A DNA stretch of 64,000 bases, taken from contig JBDHKG010000033.1 of NCBI GenBank assembly GCA_039586495.1, positions 5,689 through 69,688 of the forward strand, given 5' to 3'. The DNA comes from Gemmatimonadota bacterium. Its GTDB lineage: Bacteria > Gemmatimonadota > Gemmatimonadetes > Palauibacterales > KS3-K002. Every line of letters starts with the position of its first letter. Position 1 is the stretch's first letter. Below, piece after piece: positions 8,867 to 16,710 of this stretch. A program made the position numbers and the translations under genes. The notes under the pieces were generated by a model. It was given only the letters and a program-made list of their open reading frames with translations. It searched no databases and was not told the origin of the DNA.

Positions 8867-11013
8867 GAGGCGCTCGGGAGCTGGTCTTCGCTGGTCAGCA
8901 CGACCCTGGCGTCGAGCACCACGGGCCGCTTCACAGGCTCGAATACGACGAGCGGGTTGATGTCCAGCTCAGTGATCTGCGGGAAGTCGCCCACCAGCTG
9001 GCTGATCCGCTGGATCGCCTGCTCCAGCAAGTCGAGGTCAACGCCCTTTTCGCCCCGCATCCCCTCCAAGAGCTTGTAGCCTTTGACCTGACGTATCATC
9101 TCGGCCGCATCAATGTCGCTCACCGGGTGGACGCGGAAGACCACGTCGCCCAACACCTCGACGAAGACTCCGCCGAGGCCGAACATGATCAGCGGACCGA
9201 AGCTCAAGTCGAACACCGTTCCGATGATCACCTCGCGGCCGCCAGTCACCATCTGCTGAACCAGAACGCCCTCCACCTGCTCGGCGTCCACGCCGCTCTC
9301 GACCAGATGATCCATCATCTCGTAGTAGGCGCCCCTCACCTCCCGAGCGGACTGCAGCCCCACGATCACGCCACCGACATCCGACTTATGGGAGATCTCC
9401 GGCGCCATCACTTTGAGCACCACAGGAAATCCCAGAGCTTCGGCCGCCTCCACGGCTTCGTCGGCATCGGCCGCCGATCGGGAGGGCACGGCCGGAATGC
9501 CGTACGCCTCCAGCAATGACAGGGCGGCAAACTCGCTCAACCGCCAGCGGCCGGCACGCTCGGCTGCATCGACTAGCGCGCGCGCCCGGCCGCCGTCCAC
9601 ATCGTCGAAGCGACGTACCTTGCCCGCCGGCCGCTCCAGCCAGCGACGGTAGTGGTCCATCGCGACCAGCGCGCGCACCGCCGACTCCGGAAAGATGTAG
9701 GCGGGCACGCTGGCTGCGTGCAGCAAGGCACGGCTCTCCTGCAATCCCTTCCGCCCCATGAGCACGGCGAGAGTCGGTTGCTCGCGGCCCGCCGCCGTGT
9801 CCGTGATCGCCCGGGCCACATCCTCCGCGTGCACACCCAGCGGTGGCACGAAGGACGCGATGACCGCATCCACCCCTGGGTCATCGAGTACGGTCTCCAG
9901 CACCGCCCGGTAGCTGTCCGCATCGGCGCTGGCGATCATGTCCACCGGGTTATGGACCGACGCCTCCTCGGGCAGCGACCTGCGCAAGCGCTCCCGGGTC
10001 TCCTCCGAGAAGCCCGCCACCTTGAGGTTCTGCGACTCCAGAGCGTCGGCGATGATGATGCCCGGTCCGCCGGCGTTGGTGACAACGGCCACCCGATCGC
10101 CTTTAGGGAGCGGCGCGTTACCGAAACCCATGCCCATATCGAACAGCTCCTCCACAGTGTCCACTCTGATCACACCGCACTGCGCGAACAGCGCATCGGT
10201 GGCCACGTCGAGTCCCGCCATGGCTCCGGTGTGGCTGCTGGCCGCTCGCGCACCGGCCCGGCTGCGCGCCGCCTTCACCGCGATCACCGGCTTGAGCTGC
10301 GTCAATCCCCGGGCGATACGCGTGAAATGGCGCGGGTTGCCGAAGCTCTCAAGGTACATGAGGATCACCGACGTGCTCTCGTCGTCACGCAGGTACTCGA
10401 GCACGTCGTTGCCCGAGATGTCGGCCTTGTTCCCCATGCTGATGAACTTGCTCACACCGATGCCGTATTCGCGCGCGTAGTCGAGGATGGTAACACCCAT
10501 GGCGCCCGACTGGCTGAGGAACGCCACCGGTCCGCTCGGCGGTCTCGTGGGGGCAAACGTGGCATTCATCGAGACGCACGGATCGGTGTTGAGCACGCCC
10601 ATGCAGTTCGGCCCGACCATCCGCATGCCGTACTTGCGCACCAGGGCGAGCAGCTCTTGCTCCCGCTCGATCCCCTCACCGCCCACCTCGCGGAACCCCG
10701 CCGAGATGATGACTAGCGCCGACACCCCGGCCTCACCGCACTCTCGCGCCACCTGCAGCACGTACTCCTTCGGTACCACGATCACCGCCAGATCCACAGG
10801 GCCCGGCAGGTCCACAACCGAGGGATAAGCCCGCAGCGAGTGTACGACCTCGGCGTGCGGGTTCACCGCGTAGACGGCACCCGCGTAACCGTCGCGCAGC
10901 AGGCTGTCGAGGATCGAGTAGCCGATCGTCTCCCGGCGCCGACTGGCGCCGATCACCGCGATGGAGCGTGGCTCGAATACCGCCTTCAGGCCGCCAGGTC
11001 TCGTTTCTTCCAT
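8863..11013 (-). CDS. ADP-forming acetyl/acyl-CoA synthetase family protein (CoA-binding + ATP-grasp fusion)
   Basis: Start taken at MEETRPGGLKAVFEPRSIAVIGASRR (CoA-binding Rossmann). Succinyl-CoA-synthetase-like middle region and C-terminal ATP-grasp. The N-terminal 59 codons of ORF 8863..11190 look like Arg/Trp-rich junk. Confidence 0.85.
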   Translation of the reverse strand: MEETRPGGLKAVFEPRSIAVIGASRRRETIGYSILDSLLRDGYAGAVYAVNPHAEVVHSLRAYPSVVDLPGPVDLAVIVVPKEYVLQVARECGEAGVSALVIISAGFREVGGEGIEREQELLALVRKYGMRMVGPNCMGVLNTDPCVSMNATFAPTRPPSGPVAFLSQSGAMGVTILDYAREYGIGVSKFISMGNKADISGNDVLEYLRDDESTSVILMYLESFGNPRHFTRIARGLTQLKPVIAVKAARSRAGARAASSHTGAMAGLDVATDALFAQCGVIRVDTVEELFDMGMGFGNAPLPKGDRVAVVTNAGGPGIIIADALESQNLKVAGFSEETRERLRRSLPEEASVHNPVDMIASADADSYRAVLETVLDDPGVDAVIASFVPPLGVHAEDVARAITDTAAGREQPTLAVLMGRKGLQESRALLHAASVPAYIFPESAVRALVAMDHYRRWLERPAGKVRRFDDVDGGRARALVDAAERAGRWRLSEFAALSLLEAYGIPAVPSRSAADADEAVEAAEALGFPVVLKVMAPEISHKSDVGGVIVGLQSAREVRGAYYEMMDHLVESGVDAEQVEGVLVQQMVTGGREVIIGTVFDLSFGPLIMFGLGGVFVEVLGDVVFRVHPVSDIDAAEMIRQVKGYKLLEGMRGEKGVDLDLLEQAIQRISQLVGDFPQITELDINPLVVFEPVKRPVVLDARVVLTSEDQLPSAS

Positions 11014-11062
11014 GGCGTCAAAGATAGCCCTGGCACGTCCTACGTGGGAGCACGTTGGGAGT

Positions 11063-11977
11063 CTATTCCGCCGACACAGGCCGCCCCGCCAGTCGGCCTG
11101 CCCCCCGACGCAGCCGCAAGATGACCGCCGCGGCGTAGAGCGTCCCGCCCAGCGCCACGGTCCAAAGGAACAGCTCCAGCGCCAGCCCAAGCCGCCGATA
11201 GCCGGCCAGGGTGTACAGGTTCAAGATCAGGATCTGCAGCCCGGGGCCCAGGGCACTCACAGCGGTCAACAGGACACGGTCGTCGCGCAGCGTATCAGCT
11301 TCTTGCTCACGACCGCTCACCGTCAGCGGCCGCACCGCCCACGCATCGATTCGCTGAACCAGAACATCCTGCCAACCGTAGATCCGGTTGTACGCCCTGA
11401 TGAGCAAGCGAAGCAGCGTCAGGGCGAGCGGTCGATCCTCGTAGTAGATCTCGTCGTACGTGGTGAGCTGCTCTTTGACCCGACTGGTGGTGTCGCCGCC
11501 CAGGCGGCTGCGATAGCGCACGTAGTAGTAGTTGTATACGGATCCCTGCAGCAGGCCCAGCACCAAAGCGGCGGCCGCGAGGATGATCGCATAGAGGAGC
11601 GCGCGCTCCCGGGCGACGGCGGTGGCGAGCGCCGCCGCGAGCGCCGCAGCGATGACGGCGTCGCCAATGGAGTCGAGGAAGCGCCCTATCCGCGACGGCC
11701 GACTCTGGACGCGCGCCAGGGAGCCGTCCACGGCGTCGAGGACGTTCTTGACCTGCAGCGCCACGGTACCGACCAGGGCGTACTGGAAGCCGCCGACGCC
11801 GTAGCAGAACGCGGCGATCAACCCGATGACGCCCCAGACCGCCGTGACGTCAGGGGCGCTCACCGACGTATCCCGGAATCGGCGCGCGATCCAGACCGCC
11901 AGGGGGCGCGCGTAATCGCTCAGGTCCACGAATTGCGCACCCTTCGGGAGTTTTCGGGCCGTAGCTCCTTCGCGCAT
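11063..11977 (-). CDS. CDP-alcohol phosphatidyltransferase family protein
   Basis: Signature DAVDGSLARVQSRPSRIGRFLDSIGDAVIAAA matches D(x2)DG(x2)AR(x8)G(x3)D(x3)D. Multiple TM helices. Confidence 0.85.
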   Translation of the reverse strand: MREGATARKLPKGAQFVDLSDYARPLAVWIARRFRDTSVSAPDVTAVWGVIGLIAAFCYGVGGFQYALVGTVALQVKNVLDAVDGSLARVQSRPSRIGRFLDSIGDAVIAAALAAALATAVARERALLYAIILAAAALVLGLLQGSVYNYYYVRYRSRLGGDTTSRVKEQLTTYDEIYYEDRPLALTLLRLLIRAYNRIYGWQDVLVQRIDAWAVRPLTVSGREQEADTLRDDRVLLTAVSALGPGLQILILNLYTLAGYRRLGLALELFLWTVALGGTLYAAAVILRLRRGAGRLAGRPVSAE

Positions 11978-12028
11978 CGCCGTCTAACTTAGGGACACCA
12001 TGCGAAGTACACCAACTCCCTTGCGATC

Positions 12029-12463
12029 ATGCTCATAGGCTATCTGACCCGCGCGGTGCACTTCTCCGCGTCGCACCGCTACTACCGACCGGAGTGGAGC
12101 GAGGAAGAAAACCGGCGACGTTTCGGCCCAGCCGCCTCGCCGGAAGGACATGGGCATAACTACCGCTGTGAGGTAACCGTATGCGGTCCCATCGACGAGC
12201 ACGCCGGAGTGGTGATGGACCTTCCGGAGTTTGACCGGCTGCTGGCCGACGAAATCGTAGACCGCTTTCACAACCGCAACATCAACAGTGCCGTTCCCGA
12301 GTTCGGGCCGGGCCGCGACCTGCCCACCACCGAGAACCTGGCAGCCTACATACTCGAGAGGGTGCGCGCACGCTTGCCCTCGGGCGTCCGGGTCTACCGC
12401 GTACGCGTCCAAGAGGACCGCGACCTCTGGTCCGATGTGTACGGATCAGATCAGCCGGTCTAG
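12029..12463 (+). CDS. queD: 6-carboxy-5,6,7,8-tetrahydropterin synthase (6-pyruvoyl-tetrahydropterin synthase family)
   Basis: FSASHRYY...GHGHNYRCEVTVCGPIDEHAGVVMDLPEF shows the typical PTPS/QueD His/Cys motifs. Confidence 0.8.
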   Translation: MLIGYLTRAVHFSASHRYYRPEWSEEENRRRFGPAASPEGHGHNYRCEVTVCGPIDEHAGVVMDLPEFDRLLADEIVDRFHNRNINSAVPEFGPGRDLPTTENLAAYILERVRARLPSGVRVYRVRVQEDRDLWSDVYGSDQPV

Positions 12464-12498
12464 CTGCCCTCTCGACCGAGGCGCGGCCCACACCCAGC

Positions 12499-13332
12499 TC
12501 AGCCGACCGGGAACGCGCGCTGCAGCTCGGCCAGCGCCTCGGGGAACCGACGCACCGTGAGCCGATAGCCTGGGACCTCCACCGCGAGACGGCTGAGACA
12601 TTCGAAGTCCCGCGCTGGCTCCACGCCCGCGAAGCGTCCCAGCATGAGGCCCTCCAAGGTCCTCGAAGCCCGCAGGCGCTCCAGCCGGGTCCGACCGCCG
12701 TGCTCCAAGAAGACCAAGGCGCGAAGTCCGTGCGGCTGCGAGCGACGACGCGCCGCCACATCCGGGTGCACCCACAAATACGGTTCACAGAGCTGCGCGC
12801 CTTGCGGCAACTCGTCCCCCACGCCAAGGCGCAACAGCGCCTCACGGTGTACGCGGATGGATCGTGCGAACGGCTCGATCTGGCCGGCCGAGGGATCGAT
12901 CAGCACAACCTCATCGCTGAGCGGCTGCAGACCGTGCAGGAGCAGACCGAAGGTAAGGATGGACTTGCCGCTCCCCGAGTCCCCGATCACCACCAGGCAG
13001 GCGCCGCCGTCGGACACCGCGGCGGCGTGCAGGTAGACATAACGAGACGCGTGTGCAAGAAGGGCATCCGTGAGTTCGGCCTCGCAGAGGGCCGCCGCCT
13101 CGCCTGCCTGGTCGGCATACCAGTCGCCGCTGGGCCCGGTCAGCTTGTAGCTGCCGTTCTCCCGCTCCAGGCAGATCAGGACCGCACCGGCCTCCCGGGG
13201 CTCCGGACCGCGCTTTCGGTAGGCTGGATAGAAGCGCCCTACGATCGGCAGCAACTCGGGCACAGCCACGTGAAGCGCGACGCAGCCGCAGCCGATGTAG
13301 TCGCGATAGTGCAGGGTCTGAGGCACCGTCAC
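12499..13332 (-). CDS. HPr-kinase-like P-loop protein (HprK-related kinase)
   Basis: ACLVVIGDSGSGKSILTFGLLLHGLQPLSDEVVLID resembles the HPr kinase/phosphorylase C-terminal P-loop. GTG start. Last gene of the PqqD/methyltransferase cassette. Confidence 0.65.
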   Translation of the reverse strand: MTVPQTLHYRDYIGCGCVALHVAVPELLPIVGRFYPAYRKRGPEPREAGAVLICLERENGSYKLTGPSGDWYADQAGEAAALCEAELTDALLAHASRYVYLHAAAVSDGGACLVVIGDSGSGKSILTFGLLLHGLQPLSDEVVLIDPSAGQIEPFARSIRVHREALLRLGVGDELPQGAQLCEPYLWVHPDVAARRRSQPHGLRALVFLEHGGRTRLERLRASRTLEGLMLGRFAGVEPARDFECLSRLAVEVPGYRLTVRRFPEALAELQRAFPVG

Positions 13333-13344
13333 TGCCAGTGGCGA

Positions 13345-13587
13345 CTACGTCCCCGGCGGTCGCTGTGGCGGGCGGTACTTGTCAGACGGTCTCTCCGGTC
13401 CCGCGGGTCGTTCAGGACTCGGTGCCTGCTGCGGGGCAGGGTGGGGCTTGTGTATCGAGGACTTGCCCTGCAGGATCCCGAGCGCCGGTGCCACGGAAAA
13501 GGTCGCTACGGCGGGCGCCGTGTACGCCGCACCTCGCGCCAGCTTCAGTAGAAACTCTCGACGAGTCGGATCACGCTCTTCGCTCAC
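13345..13587 (-). CDS. Small (80-aa) Tat-signal-like, Pro/Arg/Lys-rich peptide; candidate precursor peptide
   Basis: This is the C-terminal part of listed ORF 13345..13917. Its GTG start overlaps the TGA stop of the methyltransferase (GTGA) and is preceded by GGAGGAGAGG. Sequence: VSEERDPTRREFLLKLARGAAYTAPAVATFSVAPALGILQGKSSIHKPHPAPQQAPSPERPAGPERPSDKYRPPQRPPGT. TRREFLLK matches the (S/T)RRxFLK Tat motif. Confidence 0.4.
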   Translation of the reverse strand: MSEERDPTRREFLLKLARGAAYTAPAVATFSVAPALGILQGKSSIHKPHPAPQQAPSPERPAGPERPSDKYRPPQRPPGT

Positions 13588-14765
13588 ACCTCTCCTCCCA
13601 ATTCGCTGAGGGCGGCCGCGGCCTCCGCCTGCCGCGGGGCAATCTCCGCCGCCTCGATCTCCTTCGCCACCACCCGGTAGGCCGCGCTCAGCGTGCGCAC
13701 AGACTCCGGAAATCGCTCCCTGAGCGCCGCTGCGATCTCGGCCACGCTGCGCTGTCCGTCCATCAGGTCCAGTACGGCACGCCGGGCCCGGCCCCTCGGC
13801 GTAAGCACAGGTCGGTAGTCGAGCCGCGCCCGCTGCAGTCGCTCCAGCGAGAGCGGGATTCCCCGGAACGTGTTCATCTCCTGCGTTTCCCCGCCTGCGC
13901 TTACCCGCCAGGTCCACCAGGTGTCGGTACGCGAGGCGGCACCTCCGACAGTCGCGACCCTGGCCACGACCCGCTCACCGGGCCGCAGCTCCACAGGCCC
14001 TGGGAGAGGCATGAAAACCTGCCCCCAGCTACTCGCGCGCTCCGCCGGCCCGTTGGAGTACGCAACGCCATCGGCGAGGTCGAGGTCCAACCACAGCCCC
14101 AGACCCTGCAGCTCGCCTGCCTGGCCGAGCTCCCAGCTGACCTCCGCGGAGACGCCGAGCGGGGCGTCCTCCAGCGGATTGACGCGGGCAACCTCAAGCG
14201 GGGCGGCCAGCAGCACGTTCTCGGCCCAGCACGCGGGGTGCAGGTTGTTGAGCACCCTGTGAGTCAACCGCTCGATGTCGAGGCCGTAGGGGATGTCTTC
14301 ACGCAACGGCACCAACGCGTCGTAGGTTTCGGGACACGTAACCGGTGCCAGCATCACGCTGATGGCCCGGGGTACCGCTCTGGCCTCGGGCTTGAGCCAG
14401 CGGCGTCGTATGTCCTCTAGAATCAACGCCGTCTCGGTCTGACATAGGTACGGCGCATAGTCCTCGAAGATCAGAAAGTCGGCGCGCTCCGGGGGCTGGA
14501 GGTTTCCCGCCCAGCCTTCCATGAAGGTGATGCGATCTGCGAGGCCGTTGTCCGTGGCTAACTGCCTGGCCACCTCGATGATCGGGTTCGCCTCCACCGC
14601 GTACACGCGTGCGCCCGCCCGGGCCGCGAACATGGCATAGGTCCCGATTCCGGTCCCCAGGTCGAGGACAACCTGGCCCGGAGATACGCTCCGCTCGATG
14701 GCACGGCGAAACGCCTCAACCCTTGGATTGTCCGCCAGAAGCCGGAGATACTCGACTGGGTTCAT
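13584..14765 (-). CDS. Class I SAM-dependent methyltransferase (PRMT-like) with C-terminal PqqD-like domain
   Basis: SAM motif VVLDLGTGIGTYAMFAARAGARVYAVEANP, with a PRMT-like beta-barrel region. The C-terminus RRAVLDLMDGQRSVAEIAAALRERFPE...AYRVVAKEIE resembles a PqqD/RRE winged helix. Confidence 0.7.
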   Translation of the reverse strand: MNPVEYLRLLADNPRVEAFRRAIERSVSPGQVVLDLGTGIGTYAMFAARAGARVYAVEANPIIEVARQLATDNGLADRITFMEGWAGNLQPPERADFLIFEDYAPYLCQTETALILEDIRRRWLKPEARAVPRAISVMLAPVTCPETYDALVPLREDIPYGLDIERLTHRVLNNLHPACWAENVLLAAPLEVARVNPLEDAPLGVSAEVSWELGQAGELQGLGLWLDLDLADGVAYSNGPAERASSWGQVFMPLPGPVELRPGERVVARVATVGGAASRTDTWWTWRVSAGGETQEMNTFRGIPLSLERLQRARLDYRPVLTPRGRARRAVLDLMDGQRSVAEIAAALRERFPESVRTLSAAYRVVAKEIEAAEIAPRQAEAAAALSELGGEV

Positions 14766-14818
14766 CTGATTGCTGCCGCGGCTGGAGTCACTTTCGCGGC
14801 CTACACTCGTCCAAGCTA

Positions 14819-15091
14819 TCAGGCCAGTAGCCCACCCTCGTCGAACCGTGCCAGCGCAGCGCGGACATCCGTCAGCGCACGTTCCGGCTCCAGGCCATAG
14901 GCTTCCTGCAGCTGCACGGCGATCTCTTCAGGCGTTCTATCGCCCGTGCAGTGGCTCCAGACGATGGCGGCGGAGAGGTTGAGAATGTGGAGTTCGTTCG
15001 CGGCGGGGTCGAACACAACCCACTCGTCGTCCACCTGCCGAAACAAAACGTCCTCTCGGGTCCGGGGCTGGCCTGTAGGCTGCGTCGCCAT
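14819..15091 (-). CDS. PqqD-family peptide-chaperone (RRE) protein
   Basis: Internal ATG (15089-15091), preceded by AAGGA, gives a 90-aa protein. VLFRQVDDEWVVFDPAANELHILNLSAAIVWSHCTGDRTPEEIAVQLQEAYGL...DVRAALARFDEGGLL is the classic PqqD pattern. Confidence 0.7.
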   Translation of the reverse strand: MATQPTGQPRTREDVLFRQVDDEWVVFDPAANELHILNLSAAIVWSHCTGDRTPEEIAVQLQEAYGLEPERALTDVRAALARFDEGGLLA

Positions 15092-15185
15092 ATCCTTCAA
15101 GCTAGAGGAATTCGCAAACGTTTCAAGCTGGAGCCTGGTTCGGGCCAACGCTCCGGCCTGATCAGGTGTTAGACTAACGAGGCCG

Positions 15186-15752
15186 ATGGCTGCCACAAGC
15201 GAAGGCGTCAAGCCGGTCCAGGACGAGCCGCAGCTCGTCGAGCGCGTGCGTCGGGGTGACCGCGATGCCTTCGCCGCCCTGGTCGATCGATACGCGGACC
15301 AGGCGTTCGCCGTGGCCTACGGGTTCCTCCGGCACGCTCAGGACGCAGAGGACCTCGTGCAGGACGCGCTCATTCGCGCGCTGGAGCGTATCGGTTCGCT
15401 CAGGCCGGGCAGCTCATTCGGGCCGTGGTTCTACCGACTGCTCGTCAACGCGGCCCTCAACCGGCGCGAGTACCTCGCCCGGCGCGGCACGGCGCAGCTG
15501 CCAGTCGGGGTGCCCGCCCGGGACGGCCCGGCCGTGGATGCGGAGCGAGCCGAGTTGCAGCAGCGACTCGCCCGGGCCCTCAGCGCGCTGCCGAGGGACT
15601 TGGAATCGGTGGTGATCCTCCACGACCTGGAGGGGTTCACCCATCCGGAGATCGCCGGGATACTCGGGATCCCGGAAGGGACATGCCGCTCGCACCTCTT
15701 CCGGGCGCGGCGCATGCTGCGGGATCTGCTGAAGGATTACCGCCACCAGTAG
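15186..15752 (+). CDS. ECF (sigma-70 family) RNA polymerase sigma factor
   Basis: Region 2 is RGDRDAFAALVDRYADQAFAVAYGFLRHAQDAEDLVQDALIRA. Region 4 is DLEGFTHPEIAGILGIPEGTCRSHLFRAR. Confidence 0.9.
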   Translation: MAATSEGVKPVQDEPQLVERVRRGDRDAFAALVDRYADQAFAVAYGFLRHAQDAEDLVQDALIRALERIGSLRPGSSFGPWFYRLLVNAALNRREYLARRGTAQLPVGVPARDGPAVDAERAELQQRLARALSALPRDLESVVILHDLEGFTHPEIAGILGIPEGTCRSHLFRARRMLRDLLKDYRHQ

Positions 15753-15768
15753 CAAGCGAGGCGGAACG

Positions 15769-16197
15769 ATGTCCGACCGATACGACGAGGCTCCGATCCC
15801 CGAACTGGAGGCGCTCAAGCCCCCACTCCGATCCGACATCGAGCGGCGGCGGGCGCGGCAGCGCGTCCTCGCCTGTGCCGAGCCCCTGCTGGCGCGACGA
15901 CGGCGCGCAGGCTCGTCCTGGGAGGTGCTCGCTGCCTGGGCCCGGCCAGGACTGGTCGCAGCCAGTGTCGTGCTTGCCATACTTGCCGCGGCCCTGAAGT
16001 TGGGCGGCGGCCCTGCGCGCCCGGTTCCCGAGCCCGTCTTGCTGGACGACGTGCTGGCGACAGGTGCGAACGGCTCGGTTCCGGCGCTGTTGGTGGCGAT
16101 GAGCGAGCCAGACATCGACGCGGTGGTGGCGGCGGCCCTGATTGAGACGAATGGTAGCAGCGGCGCCCTGCCGCAAGAACAGTTGCAGGGGCGGTGA
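15769..16197 (+). CDS. Putative anti-sigma factor (single-pass membrane protein)
   Basis: Immediately follows the ECF sigma gene. Has one TM segment (GLVAASVVLAILAAALKL). The call rests on position only. Confidence 0.4.
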   Translation: MSDRYDEAPIPELEALKPPLRSDIERRRARQRVLACAEPLLARRRRAGSSWEVLAAWARPGLVAASVVLAILAAALKLGGGPARPVPEPVLLDDVLATGANGSVPALLVAMSEPDIDAVVAAALIETNGSSGALPQEQLQGR

Positions 16198-16204
16198 TTC
16201 AACG

Positions 16205-16636
16205 ATGAACGGGAAGTCAAAGGCGTGGGCGCTGGCCCTGCTCGTCGGCGTGCTCATCCTCGGCAGCGTGGTGGGCGCCGCGCTTGACCGCTTTCTGGTC
16301 CGCCGGCCCGCCACAGCAGCCATGCACGAGCGATGGCGAAGCGAGCGGGAGCGCGAGGGCAACCGTCGGGAGGGCTATCTCGACTGGCTGGCCGCTGAGC
16401 TGCAGCTGACGGACGAGCAGCAAGCCCAGCTGGAAGCAACCGTGGAGCGGCATCGCCAGGAGATGTCGGCGATCTGGCGGGAGATGCGCCCGCGCTTCGA
16501 GCAGCTGAGGGACCAGGCGAGGGCCGAGGTACGGGCGCTGCTCACTGAGGAGCAGCTCGCTGCCTACGAGCGGCTCCTGGAAAGGGAATCCCAGAGAAGG
16601 CGTCCTGCACACAGAAGGGAAATAGACGAGCCCTGA
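16205..16636 (+). CDS. Periplasmic Spy/CpxP-family (LTXXQ motif) protein
   Basis: Internal ATG at 16205 gives signal-like MNGKSKAWALALLVGVLILGSVVGA. Two LTXXQ motifs (LTDEQQAQL, LTEEQLAAY). Confidence 0.6.
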   Translation: MNGKSKAWALALLVGVLILGSVVGAALDRFLVRRPATAAMHERWRSEREREGNRREGYLDWLAAELQLTDEQQAQLEATVERHRQEMSAIWREMRPRFEQLRDQARAEVRALLTEEQLAAYERLLERESQRRRPAHRREIDEP

Positions 16637-16710
16637 CCCTTCGCACCGATGCCCTGCCGGGTCGTTAGGCCCCGTCGGCGCTCAAGGTCGTTGGGGACGC
16701 TGTACGGTTG

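Noticed and set aside
11014-11190. N-terminal extensions of listed ORFs (8863..11190, 43745..47248, 24507..26576, 21594..23420, 53266..55674, 47726..48799, 16142..16636)
   Set aside because: The extensions overlap neighbouring genes or are Arg/Cys/Trp-rich. Internal starts give canonical N-termini or signal peptides, several with clear Shine-Dalgarno sequences.
13345-13917. Full-length 190-aa minus-strand ORF overlapping the methyltransferase gene
   Set aside because: Its first ~110 codons lie inside the well-supported methyltransferase CDS in another frame and are Gly/Arg/Ala-rich shadow sequence. Only the last 80 codons, starting at the GTGA-coupled GTG, are plausible.
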